Positions 36,221 to 50,452 of a stretch of DNA of 64,000 nucleotides are shown here, piece by piece (the stretch's first letter is position 1; each line of letters begins with the position of its first letter). The translations under genes and the position numbers were made by a program. A model generated the notes under the pieces. It was not told the origin of the DNA, did not search any database, and was given only the letters and a program-made list of their open reading frames with translations. Origin of the DNA: Priapulus caudatus (taxonomy: Eukaryota); contig NW_014577066.1 of NCBI RefSeq assembly GCF_000485595.1, forward strand, positions 854,113-918,112, read 5' to 3'.

Positions 36221-38189
36221 CCTCACACATGTGACCTGTTCCATTTTATTCCTTATTCACTTATCACCCCTTCGCTATTATTAGACATAGTCTCTCCCCC
36301 CTCTCTCTCTTGATCTGTCTGAGTCGCTCACTCTCTCTCCCTCCCCTTTATTTTCCCCTCTCTCTGCATCTCTAACACTTGTGACCTGTTCCCTATTATT
36401 CCCTATTCACTTATCACCCCTTCGCTATTATTAGGCATAGTCAGGCTGTCTTACCTCTTTATGTCGACAGCAAGAGTACGGCACTCCGCATTTTTCTACG
36501 CTTAGGTTTACACCGGAGCAGTTGAAATATGGGTTGATATTCCAATCCCGGAACCCGTTCGGACCCACGCCACAGCACTGGAACTGTAAGATAAAAACGT
36601 CCCCGATGGCAACATTAAATTCGCACACAGTACTGTAGTGTAAACGAAATTATCGCTCTCATTCTGTAGGAACTAACGCTCCGTCTCGCCGAGGATGATG
36701 AGACGTTCCACCAGTAATCCTGGCATTATGCACAGTTTAGGATAAAAAACAGTACCATCTCTCGGACCTGATCACAAATAAATTTCGCGCAGCTATCATC
36801 GCAATGTTCGCCATTGACTTTACATTCCAGGCACGCCACTCTTCAACAAAAGAATTTCATCATTTACAACGTAATACAACGCGCCTTCCTCTTACCTACA
36901 AGAAAATACAACTTGCCTCCCTCTGACATTCACGTAAATGCAACCCGCCTTCCTCTACCTTTCAAGTAAATGCAACCTTGCCTCCTCTACCTTAGACGTA
37001 AATGCAACATTGCCATCCTCTACCTTACAAGTAAATGCAACCTTATCTCCTCTACCCTACAAGTAAATGTAACCTTATCTCCTCTACCCTACAAGTAAAT
37101 GCAACCTTACCTCCTCTACCCTACAAGTAAATGTAACCTTGCCGCAATCTACCCTACAAGTAAATGCAACCTTGTCTTTCTCTACCCCACAACTAGATGC
37201 AAGCTTGTCTTTCTCTACCCACAACTAAATGCAAGCTTGCCTTGGTCTGCATGGCATCGATGAGATCCTGCAGGTCCTCATCGTCGCGATACTTGACGAT
37301 GGCCTTGCGCAGCAGGTTGTCCGGCGTCAGGCTCGAGCTGCGTGCGTCCGAGAAGAACAGGATGAAGATGAGCGCGCCGAGCATGACCGTCGACAGAAAG
37401 ATGAAGATCATGATGTAGGCGTACTGCAACGGCGACGAGAGAACAACGAATGAGAACCACGCGTGCGTCGCGACCACCGCAGCACTGTAGATGTTTCGCT
37501 AGAGGAATTGGGAAGATCGTCAGACCGGGTCCTGACACTGACTAGAGCCTCCGGGTTCTAGGTGTGCCTCAAGACGACGACGACGACGACAAGCGCAGCG
37601 CACGAAGCGCACGCTAAAGTGTGAGAGGTTGGGCTGTGTGAACCTGCTGATGCCGATATCGAGTGTGATAATCGGTGATGTAATTAGCTTGTACGTGTGC
37701 GAGGAGGAGTCGAGCGTGTGAACGTTGCCTGTGTGAGATTATTTAGCTAGTCGAGTAACGTCTGTGATGGACGCTTTGTATTAGTTCTTTTATTTACCGG
37801 CCGAGTGGGTCGCATTTAACCAAACAATTTGCGGTATTTTACTGCTAAATAGCCGGTTATATCAGCTTAATCATTTACCTGTATTTACCACGCAGCTAGA
37901 GTGGGTGACTGCCAGTCACAGTGTTTGCCTGTATTTATCTGTAGAGTAGCCGATTATTTGGCAAAATAGTTACCCGTGTTTACACGTAGAGTGGGCGCGG
38001 TTTTCGGCCAATGTGGTTATTTAGAGAGTTGACGGCTCTCGGTCAACGTATTTACGTGTAATTACCTCCTGCCTGATCAGGTATCAGCGGAGATATTTAT
38101 CTAAAACTCACATCACTACTGCCATTGCTCGTAGGAATATATAATATCAACGCGCAATACCCACGCACGCACGCACGCACGTACGCACG

Positions 38190-38246
<57 letters not shown>

Positions 38247-39440
38247 GCACGCACATACTTACGGATTTGAGCAAGCAGACGTTCTCCCGCAGTGAGCCCA
38301 TGCAGCCGAGGAAGGACACGATGAACATGATGGCACCAGCGATCATCATCGGGATGGCCGGATCTAGAAGCACGTCCAGCGCGTCGCCGATCGCCTTGCC
38401 TTTGTCGGCGAACGCGTACAAGCCGATGCCAGAGAAGAAGCCCCCAAACACCTGAAGCAAACAGCGGAGATAGGGCGTCGTCAGAATGTTATCGCTAGTC
38501 GAACAGCGGGTGTGGACGCACGTTACTACATTTGAAGGATTGTCTGTTGGGGTTCCTTTCAAATTCATGTCGTTTATGTTATACATAAGTATAGCGGTGC
38601 ATGCCCTTCGCCCGCCTTTAGAGGGGATTATCAGATATTAGGAGGAGGCGCATCACTATGACTTGACTGTAGCGGGATTCGTCCTGACCACCGATAGAAT
38701 AACGCACGCAGGGTTCCCATTTAGACTCTTTGACAAGGATAACAACGACGGCAAACAAATACGAAGGTGCGAGTAGAAAATAGTGCACTGATGATTATAT
38801 ATACTCAAATGCATTTATAGAATCAATATGTCTAATGTCGTATTGATATTTGAAAGAGATGAACATCATGCGGGTCACTACTGAATGAGTCTCAGTCAGT
38901 ACTATCAGAATTGTTACGATGATGATCAGCCTATACACTTCACAATTTGACACAAGATACGAAATCACCTATGGATTTATAATTCTACACTACACACGAC
39001 AAATTATATGCACAGCTCATAAATATGCATAATGCTAATAATTTTTTTGTCACTGAACATTCCAACTACACTAGCTATATCAAGGGATCAGATGACGGTG
39101 AAGGCAGTCGACGAATGCACCCAGTGTCACGTGTTTATCTCCTCGAGATCACGTGCTCATCGATAGACTTTAATAACGCGGCTTTAATACGGTAACGTTT
39201 TCCAATATGAGTTGTGTATCACAAGCCACCGAACGTCAATTCTGTCTAGCTTGAGATTTTGATATTTGATAATTGATCCGATGTATCTTGATAATTGCAC
39301 ACCTTTAGCCTGAACATCAATAACGCGCACCTGTGCCAAATTAATCAACCGTCTATGAGAACGAAGTGTGAGCGAGCATCCAGCGAGCGAGCGAGAAAGA
39401 GAGAGAGAGAAAATGCGAGGAGGAGGAGGAGAGAGAAAGA

Positions 39441-39510
<70 letters not shown>

Positions 39511-42500
39511 AGAAGAAAGAAAGGGAGAGAGAGATAATTCGAGCGGGACAGAGCGAGATAACGGGAGTGACGGAGGGAGAGTGTATGTAATAGTGAGAGT
39601 GCGCGCGTGCAGCAGAGAGGGGGGTGAGAGAGGGAGAGTGAGAGAGAGAGTGAGAGAGAGAGAGAGTGAGAGAAAAAATAAAATTCATCGTCGTAGTGAT
39701 CCGTGAAACGAAACAGGTCAGCCTCACTAATTGACCCCCTCGTGCGCTTATTTTTTCCACTAAAAACCCTACTTTATCCCTGAAAGGTTTCAACTGTATG
39801 GCATGACCTAATCAGTCTATAGCATGATTCAGCGGGGGCGGACACGGAAGGTTAGACGTCGTCTCCGCCCACCGAAAATCGATCCTTTCACGCTGTCATT
39901 ACGCATTCAGCATCAACTTATTAAACTGTTCCTTCGCAGCGATTTTCGAGGGCGGGCCAAGATGTCACGGGGCACGTTAAGGCAGTAGATGGAACGGTAA
40001 GGGTGAGGTGGAAAGGTGAGCACTGGTGCATCTTGGGAGGAGAAAGATGTCGAGTCAGCATGACGATCACACTGCATTATGGATGATTGTTGTACTGGGG
40101 TTATCGCTAGTAAACCGAGTAATTGCTGGCCATTTGCGAGAGTTGAGCCGACTATTTAGCTAAAGGATTTGCAATAAACGGTACTCGTGGATTTTTGTGT
40201 GAGCTACTCTTTTTTACTCGTGTAATCCCAGCAATTGATTCGGAAATACATACGTTATCAAGAGTTTGTAATTTATTATTAGAACTGATCATTAATACCT
40301 ATTTACAATAATCACAAAAACGACATAACATAACATTTTAAATATTGAATTATCTGACAAGACAATGTTAATAAAACTACCAAAGTTATACCATTACAAT
40401 ATGTCAGTTAGTGGTGCATTCTCGATACTGTTAATTGGTTATAGAGAAAATAGCGAAGACGTAAACTCCAGCTTATTTGCGGAAGTTCCATCATTGGCGA
40501 TAAAGGTGTAAATCACTAAACATCCCAGCTGCCAAAACTAGTGCAATAACTATGCGGCTTATACACAGAGATTGATAGAGCTCCAAACAATAGTGTTGCA
40601 TCACCACCGAAACAAATCGGCCTAAAATGTTGCGTCCCGTAAACATTCTATGCGACTGTACAGGTGCGTGCGTAAAAAGCCGCTTCGCAAACCACACCAT
40701 AGTAGTGCAGCCACACGCGCACGCCCACCTGCACGCACGCACGTACGCATACGCACGCAACGCACGCACGTGCACACCTGTGCATTAAAAATACATCAAA
40801 CATACATCAATACATCAAAAATAGAAAACATCAACGCCGAAGTTAACCATCACGATCGTTTGCTGTCATGCATCGGCGTCCACAAAATCTGCGCGTAAAA
40901 TTGAATTCCACGCAGCGTTTAATTTATTTTCATGCGAGCGGTGATTAGCGCTAGAACGATTAAAAAATCGTTGGCCTCGATGTTTAAAAGCAACACATTC
41001 GCCGCGGGGGAAATCACGGCGCCATTTCACAGTGACTCCTCGTTATTGAATAAGTGAATCGGTGGCAGTAAGCCAACGCACTAGTTTTGAACAGGTTTAT
41101 GCTGATCCTATGCGCAAGTGCGCAAAGAGTGCGAATATTTTGATAGATTCTACTAATAAATTCGTACTAGTCGACAATGCATTAGGGCGCGTATGTGGCA
41201 TGTAACGCGTTGACAACGCGATGTGAAGTGTTAAATCGCTGCGCCTTACAATCATAACCGCAAATATATTCCATTTTCGAACGGCGGCAGAATTCCACTG
41301 AGACGAAACCGCATTACGGGAAACGTGAATACAAAATCGCAACAATCCCAGTTATTTGCGCTCTCCTAGCTTTGGTTAACATCCATGCACCAAGTGGCAA
41401 GCCCACCTCCCTCAATGCATGCGCCTTTGATCACGCTCACTCGTGGAAATGTCACGGATCGCGGAGGGATCATACCTGCTCGCCTTCAGAGTGTCAGCTT
41501 CCGGACATCTGATCACAAAGCAAACATATATGCGGGTGGCAGCCGATAATAATACCTGCAAAACCAGAACTCGGGAGGTCTATAATATCGTCCATTATGC
41601 ATCTTTGTTACGAGATCAGCGGCCGTCGACATCACAGCGCTCATACATATTCTGCCGATTGACATATCAGGTAAATGCTTACGTCAAGCGGGCGTTGAAC
41701 TGGTAAGGCATATAGTTGGCTTGCACAGTCAACTGGCAAGCACATAAAGCAAGATCAAAAATAATACGTACATAAACAAGGATGCGGCTTGGTGACGGGA
41801 GGATGGGCAGAGAACCTTAAGGCATTATCATCAACAATTATATACATAGACACGTGCGGTGAAGCTTGTAAAGTCGAAGGTTAAACCGACAGCCACACTG
41901 CAACACTAGCAATGATATCAAGAGCGTATTAAGAAGGCCTTCTTAATACGCTCTTGATGATATCCATAGACATCGATGGGACTTGGTAGACCGTAGGATG
42001 GGCAGACGGCCGCAAGGTATTGTCAATAATTACGTACATAGACACCTGCGGCGAAGCTTATGAGTGCATGTAGAAGGTTGAACTGAACACCTATAGCATG
42101 AAGAGTTGGGAGCGCGGAATCGAACTGCGAACCATATAATTCACTAGAGTATACTAGCAATGGCGCACATACTCGCGACGAAGGACGCTGAGAGCTAGGG
42201 CATGAGGGCGAACCGTATATAGCAATGCCGCGTGCCGTACAAAGCGGTCTGCGCATGTGCATTCCCTCGAAGTAGCAATCATGATGTAATTTTACGGCCA
42301 ATGCCGAAAAATGCGGTCGTGTCAATTTCACTGCACCCCTGAACGTAGTAGTCACATCCAACGCAATCACATGCAATATGCTCAAAGAATGCTCTCGTCC
42401 TTTACACGGGGCGTCAAAAAATCGCGGTCTTCGACAGTGGAGGTTGATCATAACCAGCAATTATTCTATTTCCGAGCTGCGGTTGGCTGGTAATCGTACG

Positions 42501-43675
42501 ACCTATATTAATTATTCATATCGACCTGCTGCCTTGGCACGTTGTAGAATCTGTTTTAAATGCTAAGAAAAGGTCGCGCCTATGGCAAGTTGTGTCGCTC
42601 TCGCGAAGGCAACGACAAACGTGGAGCGACTAAATTGGTTTAAATTGAAGATAATCGTCCCCGTATTGCAAAGAAAGAGGGTTGACGGTCTTAAAATCGG
42701 TTGTAACAAATTATGACGCAAATATATTATAGGAGTTCAGTAGGAACATCAACGGAATACAGTAGACACTTTATACCTTTTTCGATAGGATGTGAAAACG
42801 GTTCCGCCTTCTTTTATGACGCACAGCTTTATGCTAAAACAATTCCACCGTATATATGACGCTCATCAATCGAATTTCATTTTCCAAGCGTCTGTCCAGA
42901 CAAGCATTTTAAACCTGACCAGATCAGTAACCATTTGAAACATTCACGATGTCGAAATAATTACACGTTAAAATGGACAATATCCGTCTCCGTTCTGTGG
43001 GACAATACCTGTCAGGATCGGTGTTGCTCTGACTTCTCTACCGCCTACACTGTAAACAATAATCCGTTGTTTAAAACAGTGGCTACTCCGAGCCGTCCTT
43101 CCCGTGTCCAGTGCATCGCGATGAACAGGGAGTCGCAGCACAGCAGCGACCGCAGACTCACTCCTCACTACGATGTGTCATTCACCCTCCTCGACAACTA
43201 CCGGCCGCAGCAACACCAACCTCGCATTTCCTCTGAACACACAAAAAACTGGCTGGAAAAACTCGTTCGGGCAAAACTATGGAGAGGTGTACACGACGCG
43301 AGAGTGTAGGGGGTGGCCATTGCCCTCTTTCGTGCAGGCAAGTCATTATTGAGATCGCGAGAGAATAATGGCAGGACCGTGTGTATTTCGCTGCATGGGA
43401 ACTGCTGCTAAAGTCTGCGCATGCAACTGAGCCCCTCGTGTCAATTTCGTCGCAACTCGCATCCCACGAAACTTGCGAGCATAAAGCTGTCGGTGAAAGT
43501 TGTGTTTAACCAACGAATGTTCGCGGCTCTCTAGTGCGTTGGACTCAACAGAGCCATGGTCAACAGCAGATATGGCCGGACACGCGAGTAGTGCATTTTC
43601 AAGCAGATCATCTCAAATGCCCTAGACATTTTTCAAAAATACTTGCTTTAGAAAACTGCCATCGCCACGAAAACG

Positions 43676-43718
<43 letters not shown>

Positions 43719-44446
43719 GGGGTCTTGCCGTATTTCATACGCCCTGCGGGCTATTTGAACAAGATGTACGCGAGTGAGTTTTAATAAGCTGTACATGTAA
43801 AATTGGATTTAGGTCAGAAGTTGGAAACTTCAACTGTTATGTTGTCCGCCGAGATTGCAGCTATAGTAGCGGCAACCTCTAATGCATAAGCGGACTAATA
43901 CACAAACCAATCGTTAGAAAATATTCCATTTTATAACTGCAAACGTAATGCCACTAGTATGAAAGAAAATAGAATGAGAGCTTCCATGATTTTAAACGAC
44001 GCAACATGATCTCTTTGCCATGAATCGTTCCGAACGGAACGAGAATAAGATGTGATGTGATTATTTCGCCGTGATTCATCAATTCAGCAATCCGCTGCCA
44101 TTGTTTGCTAGCTCTATTCTACACTACTCTCATGGCCGAACCCCGTAACCCGTCAGTTCACATTACTCCAACTTTATTGAATATGAAATTTTCTCGAGGC
44201 AGGGCGTGAGACGCAATGATCCGAGGAGTGGTGAACTACTCGCACACTATTCTTTCTCTTGTATGGACGAATAGTTTTTAGAAACAAATCAGAAGTTTAC
44301 GTACTAAATATCTACTGAAAGGAATAGATTATCTAGCCTCATAATCATTCTCACGTTCGCTACGAGTAAAGACGTGCTTTCTACCATTACATGTATTACC
44401 TATTCAGTAATTATTACCTATTACCTATTCAGTAATTGAGTTCTCA

Positions 44447-44491
<45 letters not shown>

Positions 44492-46083
44492 ATATGGTCA
44501 GGTCCTCGTTCGTGTGATGCTCTATTTATGATGGCGCTCTCGTGTAGTTACGTTAATTTCAGGGATAATCACGTGTTAAGTAGTGTGCTGGCATTTACTA
44601 ACGGATCGCAGAAGAGAATGGCGTCACGGGCGTCTATCAATTAAGTTTCTCCAAACCACGTATAAAGTGGAATTATAAGTCGACCGCCTGCTGACCTCAT
44701 CTTATGAAGCTCGAGTCTGTAAAATGAGGCTATAAACGTACGTACGAGAGCGGATGCACTAGCTACGTGCGGCGTTGCAGCCCGTGCCGTTAATAAGGGC
44801 ATTCAATCGACCTTTACCGCTTAGCTGCATGTGTACGCCGTCAGTGAGGCTGAAGGGGTCGTTGTCGTATCAGGTACTACAGATATGTACCCGACGTACG
44901 TATATACACAAGTGCACCAGACCTGTATCTTCTCAGCATATAATATGTACCCTGTATTTACATAAACGTACCTGCCCCGCGGGCAGCATATGAAACCACG
45001 CGATAAAGTACGAGAATGTCGTAAACCTTCAAAACAAGAGAACAAACGCCATTTGTAAATGTTTGTTTTGGTTTATAACCGTTAGATAAGTAAGTTTTCT
45101 GATGTATTTTCCATGTAAAACACATATTTTACTCATTATAATATAACATATAATATCACTATTATTGCAATTCTTTGTGCAAATGTGTTATTTTCATCTT
45201 AATCTTAAGTTATGAGAGGGTCTGGGCTTATAGTTGCCGAGTTTGGTTTACCGGCATTTACGACAATACCACGTGACTGAACGAGACTTCCCGCCTGGGT
45301 ACATTTATGGAGCGCAGCGGTACGGTTATGTAGAAACAACATTGGTCAGGTACACTTGTGTATACATATATGTACCTCGGGTATACATATCTGTAGTACC
45401 TGATATGACAACGACCCCATCTGCGTCAGTGAGCGCCTTGTAGACGAATGCATCTACCATCGTGCGGAAAGCGGTGAAGTTGAACTACACCGCGGCGATG
45501 GTCTATGGTGGAATATGTACGGTCAATACTTCCGCAATGATCGCGCAAGCGTAAAGAAATGACCGACAATGATCGACGAATGGATCAATTGAAATGAAAT
45601 CATTCCGAGAATGGCGACGATCGCCTCGCGCCATAAACCTGGCAACGGCGTCGCACGACATAAGATATACGCGCGACGCTTGCCGCTTGCAAATGTGCAG
45701 ACGTCCGCTTCTAATGCGGTCGTATGCAACGAGCGAACGCGCAGACGCAACTATAAAGTGTTTCACACTGCGACACTTACGCTACGATTGCAACACATTC
45801 ACGACTACGCATGAGTACCATGACCATGACCATGACGCAGAGTGAACCATATGTGATGTGTGCGCGCGCGTCCATTCGTCTAAACCTTATGTTGGCGAAC
45901 ATCGTGGCGGCAATTTTATTTAACGGCACCGGACATGTGCTAAACTTCGCAGCTATATAACATATACACGCGCGCATGCGTGTCTGTGTGTGTGTGTGTG
46001 TGTGAGTGAGTGCGTGCGTGCGTGCGTGCGTACGTGCGTGTGTATGTGTGTATGTGTGTACATGTATGTGCATGTGTATACAT

Positions 46084-46124
<41 letters not shown>

Positions 46125-48565
46125 CGGTTACTGGAGGCGTAGTGCCGCCTGTTTGTTTGCGCTCGACATTTCGTTGCCAGCAGGTTTAAAATAGCTGCGC
46201 AAACTCGGCACATGTAGAGAGAAGAGACAAGACAATGCGAATCGATCGCGAATGCACCAAGCCGCGTTATTCTAACGCGCAGACCTGAGACCCGACATGG
46301 GCAGCCGAGCCCGTGGCATCAGCAACTCGTTTCATCGGACAAGCACCAGCATCATACAAAGGTAATGTGACCCATCAGGTCACGCGGTGCCCAACTTACC
46401 GTGTCACGTGACACTCGGCAACCTATTGCAGCAGGGGTGGCGACTGACGTGACCACACGGTGTGCACTCGCAGCAAGACACTTTCTCGGCCGGCTTGCAA
46501 ATGATTTTTTTAGACTGAATTACTAAGAAAAACTCGGTATAATTTAGCTTTACCTAGCCGTTTGATGTTTTAAATCAAACACCAACCGGTGCGTTGATGT
46601 TAGATAAACACTGATCGTGACTAGCGCTGAGTGGATTTTGCTTCCTAATTTTGTCGGCAAATTGCTTAGAATGAAAAAAACCTAAATAATTATGATCGCA
46701 AAATGAATTCGTTGATGTTGGAAATTGCATTTTATTGCCACGACGGCGCTTGTTTATCTCATGAACGGATATGTAGACGAAAACAAATCAAAAACGAGTT
46801 ACTAATGTCTGTAGAATCACACGCGGTTCACACTGCTATCTTACAGCACAGGAGGAAGTAACGAGAATAATCACACTAGTATTTCAAAGCAAATTTAGTG
46901 CAAGCTCAATTCGAGAGTAGGTAACGTTTAAAGGACCATCTTTGCTCTCGTAGGCATGACTGATTGCATAATGAGATACATTAGAGCAGATTCGTGGGGT
47001 CACGCCTGGGGGCTGTGTGACACCGCACATTGTGTATATGGTATAAGTGTTAGAACTTCAGCAAAACGCCGAATCTTTTGTATGTACCGTTATCATTAGC
47101 ATTACATGTAATTGTTATGTATTACCCGTTCCGTAGCACAATACACACGCGAAACTGCCCAAGCGAATGTAATGATCAACTCGAGGTAAAGATTGCTTAT
47201 AAATCGCTTAAACCTACAAACCTACTCCTTCGCCAAGTGTCGTGTCAAATCTAACTAGACCGCGTTCAAATATAACCCCCCGACATGTCTAGTAATTACC
47301 GAAATATATCACAAATCAATGCGAATTCGTCACATCTTTCTAAATTAGCCACTTTGTATGATAAAATCCGTCTCGTTTCCCACCGCATTTACCCCGTTTC
47401 CAGGCGTCGAAGCACTGAACAAACCCCACAAACATGCAGTTTTTATGTGCGAGAGATAATTAACACAGTAGTCATTACAAGCCACGAAAGTAACCCGCCC
47501 GTCAACACAGAAAATGACACGTCTATAGGAATGGGGGAAAAGCTATAAATTTAGGGAACACATATATAATAGTAGAAGTATACATTTAATGTTCCGTCGG
47601 ATACGGAGTATCTTCGCAGTTGAAATGACACCTGCAGATGCTGCGTGCCTGTTGCTTCGTCGTGCATGTCTTCACCTTGGCCCATAGTCGGCGCTGGGCG
47701 CGTCAAATAATAAAATGATGATGGGTTACTACACGCAAGTAAACTTAACGTGGGTGCATTGAAATAGAACGCTTTCTGTCTAACACGACTACATCATATT
47801 TTAATTACAACCGTGTTACGTCTATGCAGAGCAGTAAGAGATTCAGCGCATGTAAAACGCCAACGGAATTAATCAGGAATGTAATTTCACCGCGCACAAC
47901 CTGAATAACGCTCGGGACATTCTCGAATCCATGTTGTTTTCACCGACAAAATATTTCGCCGCGCGAACGTATTCGAACAGAACGCCTTTGTTCGGTCTAG
48001 GCGATGTTTACAATATATGCTACCAGCTCTTTCTTCAAAATTCTCAAAGGAAAATACGCAGCTAGATTTTTATCGTAACGTGCGCGGTTTCGTCTGAGAC
48101 TGGTAGCAGCTTATCACACGGCAAGGGCGCCGCTGTGTTGTGCTTTCTATATAACTATACTGTCGGTGTAGGTGTAGTGGGCATTATACACCGTCGCTGG
48201 CATACTTCGCCACGCTGCAGTTAGTGGAGTAAACACATACACAAACAATGCCGACGCCACGCGGGAATGAAAGAGCATTACCGAAATGTTACAGAACAAC
48301 AAACAGCTCGGCCATGTAGACCACTGTCGGCAAAGAGGAAGCGGCCGCCAACCACCGATACATGCTATTCGTTACAGACGCTCGGTCATAAGACGAAAGT
48401 GGTTTTTGGGAATAGAAGAAGGACGAGCACATTCCAGCAGCAGCCGCCGCCGAGGTTGGCGGCCATGAATCCAAGAATATATATATATATATATATAGTA
48501 GTGTGTGGTGTGTGTGTGTGTGGTGTGTGTGTGTGTGTGTGCGTGTGCGTGTGCGTGTGCGTGTG

Positions 48566-48658
<93 letters not shown>

Positions 48659-49362
48659 TGTTGTGTGAGGGGGGAAAGAGAAATCGCATCAGAAAGATAT
48701 ATAGATATATATATATATATAGAGAGAGAAGATAGAGAGAAAGAAAGAGAAAGAGGGAGATAGAAAGTGGCAGGAGAGAGATAGCGTAGTGATTATTCAC
48801 AAAATAAAAAAATATATACTCAGGTTTCTTCTACCTATCCAAAAGATATTTTAACGGGAAGATTCATAAACAAAATTAACAAAAAAAGTATTTCATGATA
48901 ATTTTGTAAGGAATTCAAGCGAAAGTCTGTAACTTCATAAATCACTGACGTGAAATTGTTTGATTATTTAATCACAACTTCTCGTAAAGAATTAGCGGGA
49001 TTCGATATCTGAGCACGGCTAGCATATAGGTCAGGTGTTACATGGCACATGCGTGTTCGCGCAACACGAATAAGATCAATACTCAGTTAAATACAATTTC
49101 CATCGCAAGAAATCACAAATATGTTGGCTTCTTTCGCCGAATAGTGAAGAGTAGAGTTAGAAGTTGGCACATACATGGTACCTGCATTACATGGTTCTAG
49201 CTAGCTACTGCACGCACAGCAAACGGCATTATCGAACGCAACGTGTAATTAAAAACGAATGATACATTAAATGCCCTAATCCTACGTACCCCTTCTCCTC
49301 TCTCCCTATCTCTAACTCTCTTGGTGTGTCTGCGTGTGCGCGCGTGTGGTGTGTGTGTGTGT

Positions 49363-49403
<41 letters not shown>

Positions 49404-50266
49404 CGGGTGTGCGTGTGCGTGTGCGTGTGCGTGTGGCGTGTGCGTGTGCGTGTACGTGTGAGTGCGCGTGTGCGTGCGCGTGTGCGTGTGTGCGTACATG
49501 CATGTTCATGTGCGCGTGTGTGGGTTTGCGTGGTTGAAGACAAGGTCTGCGTTACATTGCCCGACTGTGCCTCGTCGAGCTACTCTACCGTGGTAGCAAG
49601 GGAACTCTCGCCGCCGGATGACTATACGCTAACATGAACACAGCATAGCGGATGAGGAGAATACGTGGGAAGAGTACGGAAACAGTCGCAAGTGCTCAAT
49701 GGCCCGGGACCGCTAATCCAAGTAACGCTGACGTTGCTTCCATCGAACGCATCCTCTAAGTATCCCGTTTTTATTTACTCCCGGCGTACCGGATTTATCG
49801 CCCCGGGCAACATGCCGACTGGATGAGGGGACGTCAAATGACGTCACTCGCTCCGGTCATGCGCGAGCCGATTAAATGTGGGTTAAACTAGTAGCGAAAA
49901 TCAAAAAAAAGGTATGTAGGGCATCGTAAATTGAAAGTGACAGGGTATTGTGTTTTCTCGGCTGCTAAGCTGGGCGTGTTTATTTACGGCCGGCCTGTAC
50001 CTGTGGTAATACCCACGCAAAGCTAGTACCGGAACACGGCAAGTGCCACTCATAGTTCAGCGCAAACTAGTGGTAAGGTAACATATCTTGGCAACTAAAA
50101 CAAGTTCTAATTCAGCGAAAATCAATTTCACGGAGTATAATTAACGACAGAGAGACGGACACAGAGACAGAGACAGAGAGACAGACACGGACAGAGAGAC
50201 AGAGAGACAGTCAGACAGACAGCCGAACGCACACCCCACACACACTCTCACACATTCATAGAGCGA

Positions 50267-50298
<32 letters not shown>

Positions 50299-50316
50299 GA
50301 GAGCGAGAGAGAGAGT

Positions 50317-50376
<60 letters not shown>

Positions 50377-50396
50377 AGAGAGAGAGAGAGAGAAGC

Positions 50397-50452
<56 letters not shown>

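Noticed and set aside
42935..43330. Possible decayed LINE reverse transcriptase fragment (SDFSTAYTVNNNPLF)
   Set aside because: Only a faint resemblance to the DFSKAFDTVNH motif, and no other RT motifs could be recovered.
48990..49050. GCGGGATTCG B-box-like motif, also near 38672
   Set aside because: No A-box spacing or cloverleaf could be built, so there is not enough for a tRNA or SINE call.
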